A model generated the notes under the pieces. The model was given only the letters and a program-made list of their open reading frames with translations, had not been told where the DNA came from and ran no database searches. This document shows positions 9,011-18,700 of a DNA stretch of 64,000 nucleotides, in pieces. Source of the stretch: a virus (lineage: Duplodnaviria; Caudoviricetes); IMG/VR virus record IMGVR_UViG_2209111019_000003, positions 9,039 through 73,038 of that record; one strand, given 5' to 3'. Both the position numbers and the translations under genes were made by a program. Position 1 is the first letter of the stretch, and each line of letters starts with the position of its first letter.

Positions 9011-10023
9011 TGGCGTACAACTCCGGCGACCTGATGCGCCTGGTGCAGGAGGACCACACCGGCCAGGTGCGCGCCCTCGAAGACCGCACGAATCAGCAGG
9101 CTGCGGGTGATCTGGACGGGCAGTTCGACACGCTGGCCCGGAGCACCCTGACGGCGTGGGTGAAACTGTTCGGCGCCGCGACGGCCGTCGCCGCGGCAGG
9201 AGTAGCCCTCGACGGGATCGTTGCGGCTGTCCGGTCGGCTGTGCACCGCCTCTTGGACCAGCTTGGCCCGAGCGCCCGTCGCGCCATTCGCGACGCCCTA
9301 CCTGCGGCCCTTGGTCTCGGCGCCACGCAGGGTGTGGAGTTCGTGCGGGCCGCTACCGGCCGGCGCCGTACCGCCCCTCAGTTGCGCGTGTTGACGGCTC
9401 TGGCGGATGAGGCGACACGGGTCGCGGACCTGGTGGCCGACCGTAGGGACCGGGCTCTGGCGCTCCTCACCCGCGGGCGGGTGACCCGCTGGTCGGATCT
9501 CCTGCACGCCATCGGCACGGCACGTTCAGCGGGGGCTGTGGTTCGTGCGCACACCGCGTGGACGGTCGGGCAGGCTGTCAACGCGGGGCTGGATGCGGTC
9601 TCCGACGTGGTGGGCGCGGCCCGGCTGTGGGTAGCGGAGGCCGACGCGTGCGTGCGCTGCCTGGCGTACACCGGGCGTCTCGCGATCGTCGGGCACCCGT
9701 TCCCTGGGGGCCTTTCGTGGGATCCTCGCTCGCGGATCATCGGCGCCGAGGCGATCGACGGGCCGCCGCTGCATGCTCACTGCCGCTGCCGCACTGTCGC
9801 CTGGAACACCCGCTGGAAGCCTGACGGGGTGCCGTTCCCGGAGGCGTTGCAGCGCGAGGCGCACCGCTCCATCGCCTACGGGGCGGGCCGGCCCACCGAG
9901 TCCCGTGCCGCACGGTTGCGTGCGGTGCGGGAGCTGCTGAGGACCGAACCGGACCTGCTGCCCGCTGTTGAGGCCCGCGCCCGGCAGGCGCTGGCCGCCA
10001 ACCGCTTCCAGGCGGCGGCATGA
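9010..10023 (+). CDS. MuF-like minor head protein
   Basis: ACVRC...PPLHAHCRC; follows portal. Confidence 0.8.
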   Translation: MAYNSGDLMRLVQEDHTGQVRALEDRTNQQAAGDLDGQFDTLARSTLTAWVKLFGAATAVAAAGVALDGIVAAVRSAVHRLLDQLGPSARRAIRDALPAALGLGATQGVEFVRAATGRRRTAPQLRVLTALADEATRVADLVADRRDRALALLTRGRVTRWSDLLHAIGTARSAGAVVRAHTAWTVGQAVNAGLDAVSDVVGAARLWVAEADACVRCLAYTGRLAIVGHPFPGGLSWDPRSRIIGAEAIDGPPLHAHCRCRTVAWNTRWKPDGVPFPEALQREAHRSIAYGAGRPTESRAARLRAVRELLRTEPDLLPAVEARARQALAANRFQAAA

Positions 10024-10085
10024 CCCTTCAGACCCCGGCGCCCGTGACGGGCCGCCGTGACACCAACCCCGTGATGGGAGACACC

Positions 10086-10784
10086 ATGGGCATCCACCCG
10101 AGCACGATCAGCGTCCCGCCGTGGCAGGTCCTCGGCTACCGCAAGGACGGCCGGCCGATCCACCCGATAGCAGGCGGCGCCGAAGACGACATCGACGAGC
10201 TGGACGACGACGTGGAGCCGGAGCCGCAGGACGAGCCCGAGCCTGAGCCGGCGGAGAAGCCGAAGCCGAAGCCGCCCGCGGCGAAGGACGACCCGAAGCC
10301 GGGCGACGACGACTACAAGGCCCCGTCGAAGGCCGAGTGGGAGCGCACGCAGGCCGCGCTGAAGAAGGCGAACGACGACGCGAAGCGGCACCGGCTCCGC
10401 AACAAGGAGTTGGAGGACCAGGGCCGCGCCAACGAGACGGAGCACGAGAAGGCGCTGCGGTTGGCCCGTGAGGAGGGCGAGGCGCGGTTCCGGGAGCCGA
10501 TGAAGCGCTCCGGGGTGAAGGCGGCTCTGATCGAGGCTGGGTTCGCGAGCCCGGACCGGCTGATGAAGCTCGTCGACTGGGACGCGCTCACGGTGGACGA
10601 CGATGGGGATCTGATCGGCGTGGAGGCCGAGACGGCCCGCTTGCGGTCGGAGTACCCGGAGTTCGTTCAGGTGGACAAGCCGAAGCCCAAGGCGAAGCCC
10701 ACGGCGGCCCCGCGTTCGCCCAGCACTGACAAGCCGAAGACCACGGCGGAGATCCACGCCGATCGGATCTTGCGCAGGGCTTGA
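10086..10784 (+). CDS. capsid scaffolding protein
   Basis: acidic/Pro-rich N-terminus, coiled coil AKRHRLRNKELE; precedes capsid gene. Confidence 0.85.
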   Translation: MGIHPSTISVPPWQVLGYRKDGRPIHPIAGGAEDDIDELDDDVEPEPQDEPEPEPAEKPKPKPPAAKDDPKPGDDDYKAPSKAEWERTQAALKKANDDAKRHRLRNKELEDQGRANETEHEKALRLAREEGEARFREPMKRSGVKAALIEAGFASPDRLMKLVDWDALTVDDDGDLIGVEAETARLRSEYPEFVQVDKPKPKAKPTAAPRSPSTDKPKTTAEIHADRILRRA

Positions 10785-10918
10785 CCCGGCGCGGTATATT
10801 CAGCATCAGGTGAATTGCTCCGTGACGGAGCAGCCCACCGCCCTGCTTTGCGAAGGCGCCCGTGATGGGGCCCGAGCCCAACATCTCGCCCCATCACGCC
10901 GCCCGCAGGAGGGCCCCC

Positions 10919-11833
10919 GTGGCACGCAACACACTCGAAGCCTGGATCCCAGAAGAGTGGGACTCCTCCCTCGTCGTCCAGAGCATCCAGCAGATCAGCG
11001 CCGTCGAGGCCCTCGCCTCCCACATCCCCATGGGATCCGACACCAAGCACGTCCCCCGCACCGCCGGCATGGGAGTCGACGTCGTCGCCAAGGGCGGCGC
11101 CTACGGCGAGGACACCTCGCTGAACGACGAGGTGCTGCTGTCCGTCGCGAAGCTGGGCAAGGCCGCCCGCATCGCCGAAGAGGACATCGACGACTCCGTC
11201 GCGAACATCATCCAGGCGAAGATGATGGGCTGGTCCAAGAGCTACGCGAAGTTCCTCGACAACGCGACCCTCGCCGTCACCGCCGCCGCATCCCCGCCCA
11301 GCGTGCCGTTCACCAGCCTGTACGCGCTGCTGAACACCACCGACGCCACGCTCAGCTACACCGGCGGCACGAACATCACCACCGCCGCGACGGCCGGCTC
11401 GCCGACCTACGGCGAGTTCTCCACCGCGATCGGCAGCGTCGAGACCGGCGACTACTTCGACCCGAACTCGATGGTCGCCATCGCGCACCCGGCGTTCCGC
11501 AAGAGCCTGCGCGGTGTCCTCGACCTGCAGCAGCGCCCGATCTTCGTCGAAGGCGGCGCCGGCACCCCCGACACGATCTTCAACGTGAACATCCGGTGGT
11601 CGCTCGGCGCGAAGACGTCCGCGGTCGCCACCAGCTCCCCGACCGGCCGCCCGATCATGGCGTTCGTGTCGCCGGAGCTGATGCTCCTCGGCATCCGGTC
11701 CGGCCCCGAGTCGGTGTTCATCGACGGCCGCGACGGACTGTCGGCCCTGACCGACGAGTCGATCCTGAAGATGAGGGCGCGCCGCGGCTGGGCCTACGGC
11801 CACCCCAACGGCGCGGCGATCCTCGTCGGCTGA
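10919..11833 (+). CDS. major capsid protein (HK97 fold)
   Basis: WIPEEW, LRGVLDLQQRPIF, LKMRARRG motifs; AGGAGG RBS. Confidence 0.9.
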   Translation: MARNTLEAWIPEEWDSSLVVQSIQQISAVEALASHIPMGSDTKHVPRTAGMGVDVVAKGGAYGEDTSLNDEVLLSVAKLGKAARIAEEDIDDSVANIIQAKMMGWSKSYAKFLDNATLAVTAAASPPSVPFTSLYALLNTTDATLSYTGGTNITTAATAGSPTYGEFSTAIGSVETGDYFDPNSMVAIAHPAFRKSLRGVLDLQQRPIFVEGGAGTPDTIFNVNIRWSLGAKTSAVATSSPTGRPIMAFVSPELMLLGIRSGPESVFIDGRDGLSALTDESILKMRARRGWAYGHPNGAAILVG

Positions 11834-11847
11834 CCTCTCCTTCTGCA

Positions 11848-11879
11848 CCCGTACCGCCCACGGCTCCGGGCGGTACGGG
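11848..11879 (+). terminator. hairpin after capsid gene
   Basis: 12-bp stem CCCGTACCGCCC/GGGCGGTACGGG. Confidence 0.7.
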
Positions 11880-11900
11880 CCACCCGTTGGGAGGTGAGCC

Positions 11901-12278
11901 ATGGCAACCAGCAAGAACGCCACCAGCACGCGGGCCAAGCAGTTCCCCGCGAAGGCCGGCGAGCCCGAAGTCGAGGTCGACGAGCGGTCCGCGGACGGCT
12001 CGGAAGGCGTCCGGCACGTCAAGGAATTCGTGGTCCTGGCCCGCGAATGGGCTGACAGCGACGACGCGCACGAGGCGAACAAGGCCGCGGTCGCCAACGA
12101 GGCGATCCAGCGTGGCCTGCACCCCCGCGGAGGCGTGTCGTTCGACGGGGCGGAGGACCAGCCGGACGGCCAGTCTCTGACCCTCACCTACTCCGTGGAG
12201 ACAGTGCCGGCGTCGGTCGACCACCGCCCGCAGGACACCACCACTCCCCGCAAGATCCTCACCGAGGTCGACGACTGA
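11901..12278 (+). CDS. hypothetical virion-associated protein
   Basis: GGAGG RBS; position after capsid gene. Confidence 0.7.
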   Translation: MATSKNATSTRAKQFPAKAGEPEVEVDERSADGSEGVRHVKEFVVLAREWADSDDAHEANKAAVANEAIQRGLHPRGGVSFDGAEDQPDGQSLTLTYSVETVPASVDHRPQDTTTPRKILTEVDD

Positions 12279-12279
12279 C

Positions 12280-12720
12280 ATGGCCGCGGCCTGGGCTAAC
12301 GCGAGCGACGTCATCAACGCCACGGGCGTGAATGTGACGGAGCAGCAGCTTGCCCAGGCCCAGGACGACATCGAGATCGCGTCCGGCCGGATCTACCCGG
12401 ACACGCCGCGGCTCCGGCCCCGGGATGTCTATTGGCTGGGCAAGGCCGTCGGGCGTCAGGCGGCGTGGATCGCCGGGCAGTTCGGCTTGGAAACGCGGTT
12501 GGATGCCACGCAGACCCAGCAGGACGGCGTGTCGAACACGTTGACGACCGACGGCCTTGTCCTCGCACCCATGGCGGCCCGGGCTTTGAAGCGGGTGTCG
12601 TGGATGCGGTCCCGGACTGTGCATGTCCGCGCACCGATCGAGGGATTCGGGCTGGTCGGGAACATCCTCTCCGAGGGCAACGACGAACTGGAGCCCTGGT
12701 CTCCGATGGGCGGTGGCTGA
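12280..12720 (+). CDS. head-to-tail adaptor
   Basis: size and synteny in head-tail connector block. Confidence 0.65.
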   Translation: MAAAWANASDVINATGVNVTEQQLAQAQDDIEIASGRIYPDTPRLRPRDVYWLGKAVGRQAAWIAGQFGLETRLDATQTQQDGVSNTLTTDGLVLAPMAARALKRVSWMRSRTVHVRAPIEGFGLVGNILSEGNDELEPWSPMGGG

Positions 12721-13049
12721 TGCAGGCCATCGCCACCACCCAACTGACCGTGCTCCGTGGCACCAGCAAGGACGCCTACGGCGACGAGCAGGACACCGAC
12801 ACGCCCGTCGCCGTCAACATCCCCGCCAGCCTGACGGAGCAGTCCCGCCGGGTCACGACCCGCGACGATCCGACACCACGGATCATCCGCACCGCGATCG
12901 CCCGGGTGCCGGCCGGAACAGACATCCGCGACCAGGACCGGGTGCGGGACCAGCGCACCGGGGCCGTGTACATCGTCGATGCCCCGTCGTCGATGACCAA
13001 CCCTGCCCTCGCCGTCGATCTGCGACTGGATCTGCGGCGCACCACCTAA
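12720..13049 (+). CDS. head-to-tail stopper
   Basis: DAYGDE...DIRDQDRV pattern, synteny. Confidence 0.7.
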   Translation: MQAIATTQLTVLRGTSKDAYGDEQDTDTPVAVNIPASLTEQSRRVTTRDDPTPRIIRTAIARVPAGTDIRDQDRVRDQRTGAVYIVDAPSSMTNPALAVDLRLDLRRTT

Positions 13050-13126
13050 CCGAACACAGCTAGGGGCCATCAGCTTGGGGAGACCAGGCGGCCCGCACAA
13101 CGACCGGACCCGGAGAGGGGGCGGCC

Positions 13127-13498
13127 ATGGCAGCACGCGGTGCACGCATTGACCCGTCCGCTTCCGCGCATGTGGATGAGGCGATCGGGGACTGGCTCGG
13201 TGACGTCATCGGGCCGGCGATCCGCGATGACGCCAAGGCCATCGTCCACAAGAAGTCCGGCCGCCTCGCGAACTCCCTGGTCTCCGAGGTACAGGGCAAG
13301 GTGCTGCGCGTCGGGTCCACCGATGTGGACTACTCGGTGCCCCTGGAGATGGGCGCGATGCCCCACGTCATCCTGCCGGTGAACAAGAAGGCGCTCTCCT
13401 GGCCCGGCGCGGCGCACCCGGTGGCCTACGTCAATCACCCGGGCAACCGGCCCTTCCCGTACCTCCGCCCGGCCCTGTTCCAGCGGAGGACGCCGTGA
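13127..13498 (+). CDS. HK97 gp10-like neck protein
   Basis: SGRLANS...YSVPLEMG...HPG...PYLRPAL. Confidence 0.75.
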   Translation: MAARGARIDPSASAHVDEAIGDWLGDVIGPAIRDDAKAIVHKKSGRLANSLVSEVQGKVLRVGSTDVDYSVPLEMGAMPHVILPVNKKALSWPGAAHPVAYVNHPGNRPFPYLRPALFQRRTP

Positions 13499-13947
13499 CG
13501 ACGCCCGTGCTGCGCCCCAACAACGAGCTCGTCACCACGGCGTTCCTCGTGAGCATCGTCGGGGACCGGGTGGCGACGACCCTCCCCAAGGACATCGCGG
13601 GCTGGGCAGAGGACGGCTTCGTCACCGTCGACACGGTCGGCGGCACCCCGAACATCTACCTGCCGATCCGCGAGCCCGTCATGGGCGTGCAGTGCTGGGC
13701 CGTCAACCCGAACAGCCAGAAGCCCCCGTGGAACAAGGCCGCGTCCCTCGCAGGCGCCATCCAGGACGCCTGCTGGGACCACCCCGCCGTGCCGCGGAAT
13801 CTGGTGCTGCTTGGCGGCTACCCGATGGTGCAGGTCAAGAGTGCGTATCTGACGGGCGAGCCCCGCAGGGTCCCGGACGACCCGTCGAGCTATGCCCGGT
13901 ACTCCATCCCGGGTCTGGTCGTGGTGTGGACGGTGATGCAGCCGTGA
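13495..13947 (+). CDS. tail terminator
   Basis: synteny before major tail protein. Confidence 0.65.
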   Translation: MTTPVLRPNNELVTTAFLVSIVGDRVATTLPKDIAGWAEDGFVTVDTVGGTPNIYLPIREPVMGVQCWAVNPNSQKPPWNKAASLAGAIQDACWDHPAVPRNLVLLGGYPMVQVKSAYLTGEPRRVPDDPSSYARYSIPGLVVVWTVMQP

Positions 13948-14174
13948 GCCGCCGCTACGCAGTCGAATCGCTGCTCCCCCCGCGCGACCTCCTCACCTGG
14001 CGCGGCCGGGTCCTGATCCACGACTCCCGGCCCGAGCTGGAGTTCCTCCTCGCCGGGGACGTCCGGGTGATCGAACTGCCCCGGGATGTCCCACCGGAGC
14101 AGTGCATGGAGATCCGCTACCACCCTCAGCTCGCGTCCATGCGCTGGCCCCTTGACCGGAAGGACTTCCGCTGA
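13944..14174 (+). CDS. hypothetical protein
   Basis: GTGA-coupled ORF. Confidence 0.6.
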   Translation: MSRRYAVESLLPPRDLLTWRGRVLIHDSRPELEFLLAGDVRVIELPRDVPPEQCMEIRYHPQLASMRWPLDRKDFR

Positions 14175-14356
14175 TGCACACCGTCCGCACCACGATGCGG
14201 CCCGACGTGGAGGTCGAAGTCGACGACGCCGACTACCTCGACCTGAAGCGGCAGGGCCTCCTCGTCGAGACCACCGAAGCGCAGCCGGATCCCACCCCCG
14301 GGCCGGCCGCACCCAAGAAGGCCGCCCCGTCGGCCACCACCAGCAAGGAGGGCTGA
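14174..14356 (+). CDS. small hypothetical protein
   Basis: TGATG-coupled ORF. Confidence 0.6.
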   Translation: MHTVRTTMRPDVEVEVDDADYLDLKRQGLLVETTEAQPDPTPGPAAPKKAAPSATTSKEG

Positions 14357-14359
14357 CCC

Positions 14360-14935
14360 ATGGCGGTCACCACCACCAACCTCATCCAGGGTCCGGCGAC
14401 CCTCTACTCCGGTGCGTTCGGGGCGACCGAGCCGGCCGACACTGCCGTCAACACGACCCCGCAGGCGTCCGCGTGGACGGACTGTGGCGGCACCCAGGAC
14501 GGCGTGAAGCTGTCCATCGACCAGACCTATGGCGAGCTGGAGGTCGACCAGATCACGCTGCGCGTCGGCTCCCGCCTCACCAAGGCCGACTACATGATCG
14601 AGACGACGTTCGCGGAAGTCACCCTCAACAACCTCGCCTACGTCCTCAACGGCGGCACGCAGGCCACGGGTGCGGGATTCGCGTCCTACGACCCGAACGT
14701 GGCCTCCTCCGCGACGCAGCCCGCCTACAGCGCGATGCTCTTCGACGGCTGGGCGCCGCTGCTCGCCTCCGGTGGTGCGGCGCGCCGCCGGGTCATCGCC
14801 CGCAAGGTGCTGTCCACCGACTCCATCGAGGTCGCGTACACGAAGGACAAGCAGACCGTCCTCGCCGCGAAGTTCGCCGCGCACTACGTCTCCGGCGCGA
14901 TCACCCCCATCCACATCGTTGACCAGACCACCTGA
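14360..14935 (+). CDS. major tail (tube) protein
   Basis: GPATLY...GGTQDGV...ETTFAEVTLNNL; AAGGAGG RBS. Confidence 0.85.
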   Translation: MAVTTTNLIQGPATLYSGAFGATEPADTAVNTTPQASAWTDCGGTQDGVKLSIDQTYGELEVDQITLRVGSRLTKADYMIETTFAEVTLNNLAYVLNGGTQATGAGFASYDPNVASSATQPAYSAMLFDGWAPLLASGGAARRRVIARKVLSTDSIEVAYTKDKQTVLAAKFAAHYVSGAITPIHIVDQTT

Positions 14936-14973
14936 TCGACGACCGAGCTCTGCCCGCACGAGGAGATCCACCC

Positions 14974-15387
14974 ATGGCATCCACCACCACCACCACCCGT
15001 CAGTCCACGGCCCGTAAGCGGACCGCTGCCCGAGCTGCTGTCCGCCCGCCCGCCTCCGTGGCGGCGGACGGCTTCGAGCCCATCCGGATCCTCGCCGACG
15101 AGGACGTCCCCGAAGACCGGACCACGCTCTTCTACATCGGCACCACCGAGTACACCGTCCCCACGAAACTCCCTGCCGGCCTGGCCCTGGAGTACCTGCG
15201 GGTCGCCAAGCAGTTCGGGCAGGAAGTCGGCGCCGGCGCGCTGCTGTCGCGGGCGCTCGGCGAGGAGGCGTACACGGCCCTGGAGCAGTCGCGGGGCCTG
15301 ACCGACGAGCAGCTCGACCAGATCATCAGTCTCGTCCTGGACCTGGCGCTCGGCCGGGCGGAGAAGGGGGGAAAAGCCGGGAGCTAG
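14974..15387 (+). CDS. tail assembly chaperone (gpG-like)
   Basis: between tail tube and tape measure genes; ends with slippery G GGA AAA. Confidence 0.85.
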   Translation: MASTTTTTRQSTARKRTAARAAVRPPASVAADGFEPIRILADEDVPEDRTTLFYIGTTEYTVPTKLPAGLALEYLRVAKQFGQEVGAGALLSRALGEEAYTALEQSRGLTDEQLDQIISLVLDLALGRAEKGGKAGS

Positions 15388-15770
15388 TCGCCTGGGCTGG
15401 CAGGCCGCTGCGGCGGATCGGGGGCATGGGCTGCCTGGTCGCGGCGGGTGAGCGTGTGGAGCAGGTGCTGTGGGTGCTGGATCACGAAGCTGATCTGGAT
15501 GCGGACTTCCTGGCGATCTACGGGATTGACCTGGACGTCTACGACATGGATGGCCCCCGCTACCTGGCTCTCGCGCACCGGCTTCCGGCCTACCAGGGGG
15601 TGATGGCGGCCCGTGTCGATGAGGAACGCGACGACGCACCGGCGAGCAGCAGTGCGGCGCCAGCAGTACAGGACTACCAACCGCCGCAGGCCAGCGGCGA
15701 CAGGCGAGAAGTGAGTTTGACGGCGTTCCGGATGCAGTTCCCGGGGCTCGTGTCGATAGCGAACGGTTAG
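14974..15770 (+). CDS. tail assembly chaperone, -1 frameshift product (gpGT-like)
   Basis: in-frame heptamer GGGAAAA at 15369-15375; the -1 frame is open through 15770. Confidence 0.8.
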
Positions 15771-15785
15771 CGAGGGGAGGCAGGC

Positions 15786-18700
15786 ATGGCGGGTGCGTTC
15801 CGCATCGCGGAGGGATACGTCGAGGTCACCGCCGACCGCGAGGCTTACGACCGGACGATCGAGCGGCTGAAGTCGGAGCGGAACACTGTCAAGGTCGGCG
15901 TTCAGGTCGATGACCGTGACGCCATGGCCCGCCTGGACCGTCTCGCCCGGGACCGGCTCGCCACCGTCAAGATCCGGGTCGACGACGCGGCGCTGTCGCG
16001 GCTGAAACTCAACAACCTCGACGTCAAGGTCAACCCGACGATCCCCGAAGCCGCGCTGCGCCGGGTGCAGGGCCAGCTCGACAAGCTCACCGCTGACCGG
16101 GTCGTTCGGATCCGCGCCGACGTCGACACGCGGGTGGGTGCGGCGGAGATCCGCAACCTGATCCAGCGGCGCACGGCCCGTATTGGCGTGGACGTCGATA
16201 CGCGCGTCGCCGCGGCTGATCTGGCGAACCTGACGCGGACCCGCACCGTCAACATCAACGCGAACGCCCGTACCGCAGACGCTCGCCTGCAGCTCGACCG
16301 CCTTGCTCGTGACCGGCACGTCAATCTCGATGTTGGCCTGGGCGGCGCCGGTGGCGCCAGCGGCGGCATCGGGGCGCTGTCGTCCAGCATGTCCAAGCTC
16401 GTCGCCGCCGCCGTCGGCGCGGCGCCCACCCTGGCCAGCCTCGGCGAGTCCCTGATCCAGATGGGGCCTGCTGCGGCCGTTGCTGTGCCGGCCGTCCTCG
16501 GCCTGGCGACGGCATTCGCCGCCATCAAGATCGGCACGGCCGGGATCAGCGACGCGTTCAAAGCCGCGTTCCAGCCGGCGGTCAAGGGTGCGGCTGGCGC
16601 ACTGTCCGGCGCCAAGGCCGTGGAGAGCGCGGAGCGGTCCCTGGCGAAGGCTGTGCAGGCGGAGAAGGACGCGGAAGTCAACGCCGCAGCCGCCCGGGTG
16701 CAGGCCGCGCGCGCTGTCGGCGATGCGCAGCAGAACTTGAAGAACACCTACCGGGACGTCGCGGACGCCAACCACCAGGCCGCCGAGTCCCTGGCCGCAG
16801 CCGAACGCGACCTGACGAACGCGCAGCGAGCCGCGAAGCAGGCGCAACAGGATCTCACTCAGGCCCGCAAAGACGCGGCGATGAGTCTGGAGGACCTGAA
16901 CAACAGCCTCACCGACTCCCAGCTCTCCCAGAAGCAGGACACCCTCAACCTGCAGGACGCCGAGGCCAAGCTGGCTGCGGACCGTGCGGCCGGCCTCGAC
17001 ACGAGCAGCGAGCAGTACCAGAAGGACGAGCTGGCCCGCGATCAGGCCGCGCAGGCGTTGAAGGAGCAGACCACCCAGACGCAGCGGCTGTCGGATCAGG
17101 CTGCGGACGCCAACAAGAAGGGCGTCGAGGGGAGCGATCAGGTTGCGGCGGCGAAGCAGGGCGTTGCCGACGCCAACCAGACGGTCTTGGACTCTGAGCA
17201 GAACCTGGCCGACGCCCAGGCCGCAGCGACCAAGGCGCAGACGGATGGGTTGCAGCAGATCGCGAAGGCGCAGCGGGACCTTGCCGACGCGCAGGCAGCC
17301 CAGGTCAAGGCTGCGACCGACGGGGCGCGGCAGATTGCGGACGCGCAGCAGGCTGTTGTCGATGCGGCGAATGCGGTGGGGGAAGCGCAGCAGTCCGCGG
17401 CGTTGAAGACCGGCGGTCTCGCCGACGCCATGGCGAAGCTGTCACCGAACGCCCGGTCGTTCGTGGCCGCTGTTGTGGCGTTGCGGGGGGCGTGGACGGC
17501 CCTGCGCCTCGATGTGCAGGACCGGCTGTTCCAGGGGCTGGCGGGGACGCTGACGGGCATGGCGTCGGCTGCTCTGCCGTCCCTGCGGGTCGGGCTCGTC
17601 GGTACTGCCGGGGTCTTGAACACGATGGCGAAGAACGCGGCCAGTGCGGTCACGAACCTCGCGAAGACGGGGATGCTGCGCCGGCTGTTTGACGGGATCA
17701 CCGCGGGTCTCAAGCCCCTGTCGCGGATCCCGGGTCAGTTCATCACTGCTCTGACGCAGATCGGTGTCGCTGCGGCGCCCGCTTTCAAGCGGTTGACGAC
17801 TGCGGTGGGGGGCGAGGCGGACAAGATTGCGAAGAGGTTGAGTGACGCGTTCAAGTCGGGCGCCCTCACCGACAAGATCAACGGTGCGATCACCATCGCC
17901 AAGCAGTTCGGTCACCTGCTTGCGGACATCTTCGGCACCGTCGGCAACGTCATGAAAGCCGCCTCGGCCGGCGGTGGCGACGCTCTCGGCTTGCTGGGGC
18001 AGCTGTTTGCGATGCTCCGCAAGGTCACCGCCATGCCTGCGGTACAGAAGGCCCTCACCTCGATCTTCAGCGCCATCAACATGATCGCGAAGCTGCTTGC
18101 GGGCACCCTCGGGAAGGCCCTCGGACAGCTCATCATCGGGCTCGCCCCGGTCGCCGATGCGATCACGGCGGTGCTGGCGCACCTCGGGAATGTGGGGCCG
18201 CTGATCGGCGGGATCATCGCCGCGTTCAACCCGTTCCTGGGGATCCTCGTTCTGATCGCCCCACTGATCGGGCAGTTGGCGAAGCCCCTCGTCGGGCTGG
18301 TGAAGTCCGTGGCCCCGCTGCTGAACATCCTGTCGTCGTTCGCATCGGGCCTGTTCACGGCCCTCGCCCCGATCATCGGCGCGCTGATCGACGTCCTGTC
18401 GGGGGTGCTGCAGGCTGTCGCGCCGGTGCTGGCGAAGATCGCGCCGGTGATCCTCAACGTGGTGAAGGCGATGGCTGGCCCGTTGGCTCAGGTCATCCGG
18501 GCGTTGATCCCGGCGATCGGGCCGCTGCTGGGCATCCTCACGGCGATGGACTTGGCGATGCTGCCGCTGGCCCCGCAGTTGATGAAGCTGATCCCGCCGA
18601 TCGCCCAGTTGACGGTGGCGTTGCTGAACCTGACGGTGCAGGTGCTGACGCCGCTGCTGCCGCTGATCACAGGTCTGGCGTTTCTGCTGTCGACGGTCCT

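Noticed and set aside
10781-10800. TTGACC...TATATT promoter before capsid gene
   Set aside because: Spacing between the hexamers is only 8 bp.
15369-15375. Frameshift in tail chaperone as a novelty
   Set aside because: Canonical G/GT -1 frameshift of long-tailed phages; listed as a feature only.
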